NCBI RefSeq assembly: GCF_902459465.1
Contig: NW_022985694.1
Location: 62,001 to 126,000, forward strand
DNA from: Asterias rubens
Lineage: Eukaryota
Length of the DNA: 64,000 nucleotides
Direction: 5' to 3'
Made by a program: the position numbers and the translations under genes
The notes under the pieces: generated by a model
Seen by the model: the letters and a program-made list of their open reading frames with translations, nothing else
What the model was told of the DNA's origin: nothing
Databases searched by the model: none
Shown here: in pieces, positions 61,931 to 64,000 of the stretch
Position numbering within the stretch: position 1 is the first letter of the stretch
Layout: the number at the start of each line of letters is the position of its first letter

Positions 61931-63604
61931 CCTTATTAGCTGTTCCGACCGTCCGTCGGAACAGGTATTGTTTTCGTCGAGATTTTTTAAACGTTTTAGA
62001 AACGTTTTTTTTTAAAACGCCATAGGTTTAACGCACAACTTTTTTGTGGCAAGATAATCTTAGAAACGGTAGAAATGAAAGACTTGAGTTCTATATTAAA
62101 TCGAAGCTTAGTACGTAACTTAGTTTTTCTACGTATGATTTTTAATCTCTTAATCAATTAGCCGAGTAATTAAAGATATGAATATTTAATTAGGCAATCT
62201 TGTTAACAGCATATCTCCCAAAATAAACGTCCGATTTTCAAAAATTCTTCATATATTGATTCTCTGGGTATTGAAGATGTGCAAAATGAAGTAATTTTAT
62301 ATCTCACGTCATCTTGTAATTATTTTTATTAAATGTTTACAGTTATTATATAAGGAATAAAATCCCAATAATCGTGTTGATAGATCCAATGGGGCCGCGG
62401 TTAAACGCAGGTGCTATTACCCAGGTGATCTGAGTTCGAATTCTCCAGGAATCTCGACGAAATCAATATATAGAAGCATACATTTTACATTTTTTTTACA
62501 ATCAGAAATATGTACCTACATTAAAACGATCTGTACAACATGTTCTTTTTACCCAAATTTTTGGCTCATGAGAAGCTTCTTTCCTGGAAAATAAAACGGT
62601 CCTGATTTCTTGCGCAGCACGATCTTTGGTGTACGTTCTTGTATGGAGGAGAGTCTACATACATGTACATGGTTCTACGTTACGAAGCATGGAGGGAAGA
62701 TAATGATAGTTGAAAGCTTGCCGTGTTGTTGAAGTTTTTGAGAAAGGAGTAAAAAATAAATGTCACGAAAACTAGTTTAGTCTCAGTTTTAGCATGGAGG
62801 TAGAAATGGCACATGGTTTTAGCAAAGCATGTAAAAACGTATTAAGCTCTAAGCATGGCGTCTTTGACCGGGCTCGTTTCAGGCGACGAGCGTAGACGAC
62901 GAAAATAGACCGCCCGGGATTTGGAATGATTTACGGGTAAAGTCACCTTGTTTGCGCCGAGGACCAATTGCCTAAACTAATTCCAGTGTTTCGCGTTACT
63001 TTCGGAAATTAGACCATGATCGACAAACAAAAACTTTTTGACAGGAATACAAAAGCAGAGATTTGATTATGCTGATCGTTTCTCTGGTGGTTGAGTGGCT
63101 CAGTTTTATAGAGCTGCTTATAATAAACAGGCAAAACATTTTGCTTTACAAAATTGCAGAAATTGAGCAGAACACCTGGATTCACAGCTTGAACATGAGG
63201 CATGGTTAAGCTGCTTTTTGTGTTTAAAAAGCTATTATGTAGTTTGGTCCTGGGCCAATGGCTTTTAAAGGAAAGAATCGCAGCTCTTACGTAATCAGGA
63301 AACTGTGCTTACGCTAAGCGTATTTTACAGCTTAGCCGGGAATGTGTTCTTCACGTCACAATTCGCATCAGAAAAATTGCTACAGTTGACTAATTGTGCT
63401 CAACTCCTGCGAAACTTTCACTGCAAAAACAGTGACTTAAAAATTTGATTTGCATTTGCAGGAAAAACCGTGCTTTACTTGTGACAAAAGTAGGCAGGGG
63501 CGACTAGTGTGCTTTAGTGTTAAAGTCGCGACTACAAATTATTATTTGAGTCGCGACTACTGTTTTTCTCTACTCCGTTATAATCGTGTCCACACATCGA
63601 CTAC

Positions 63605-64000
63605 AAAATTTGTCCCGACTACCTGTTTGGTGAACCAGTTGTGTTGCTTACTACTATTCACAACATAATTAATATTGCCCTTGCGGCATAGCGGCACAAA
63701 TCTTGAGAATCTGTACTTTATCTCGACAAGTGTCATAGTTAGGTTTGAAGTGCGACTAGTCGAGTAGTAAATTTCACTAGTCACACCCATTCGCAACATA
63801 TTTAAAAATTTGTCCCGACTACCTGTTTGGTGAACCAGTTTTGTTGCTTATATTCGCAACATAATTTATATTGCCCTTGCGGCATAGCGGCACAAATCTT
63901 GAGAATCCGTACTTTATCTCGACAAGTGTCGTGGTTAGGTTTGAGGTGCGACTAGTCGAGTAGTAAAATTCACTAGTCACCCATTCGCAACATAATTACT
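63605..64000. repeat. About 200-bp tandem repeat running to the window edge
   Basis: AAAATTTGTCCCGACTACCTG at 63605 and 63805; rich in GACTAGTC/CGACTA motifs. Confidence 0.92.

Noticed and set aside
62385-62450. tRNA-like segment (GAGTTCGAATTCTCC)
   Set aside because: Only a B-box-like motif is present and there is no cloverleaf; at best it is a decayed SINE head.
1-64000. Uni-strand piRNA-cluster-like orientation bias
   Set aside because: Large elements occur on both strands (Academ, BEL, RTE and YqaJ on plus; the Gypsies, L2 and hAT on minus). This cannot be judged without small-RNA data.

Overview
AT-rich eukaryotic DNA with spliceosomal introns; the MITE families look sea-star/echinoderm-like, but this is recalled and not verified. 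The window is almost entirely a nested transposable-element graveyard, and I recognise no conserved host gene. Left to right it holds: a Harbinger MITE; a Gmr1-type (integrase-before-RT) Gypsy remnant with its 3' LTR, lying inside a 1.57-kb duplicated segment; a decayed AcademX-like transposase/XPG gene; Kolobok-type MITEs; a 5'-truncated L2-like LINE with an open ORF2; and a TSD-bounded CsRn1-like Gypsy (22757-28958) with a deleted 5' LTR and a templated internal duplication. Next comes an orphan two-exon Myb/SANT-like, Pro/Gln-rich gene behind a 74-bp tandem array. A three-level nest follows: a Gypsy interrupted by a hAT-like transposon with a 7-bp TSD (38560-50714), which is itself interrupted by an intact 1935-aa BEL/Pao element (39808-46976). 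The window ends with a truncated RTE LINE, a RING-like remnant, a YqaJ-nuclease gene remnant and a 200-bp tandem repeat. The best candidates for something undescribed are the 74-bp array plus Myb-like gene and the hAT transposase with a C-terminal Spindlin/Tudor-like module. All family assignments come from motif recognition only; no searches were run.
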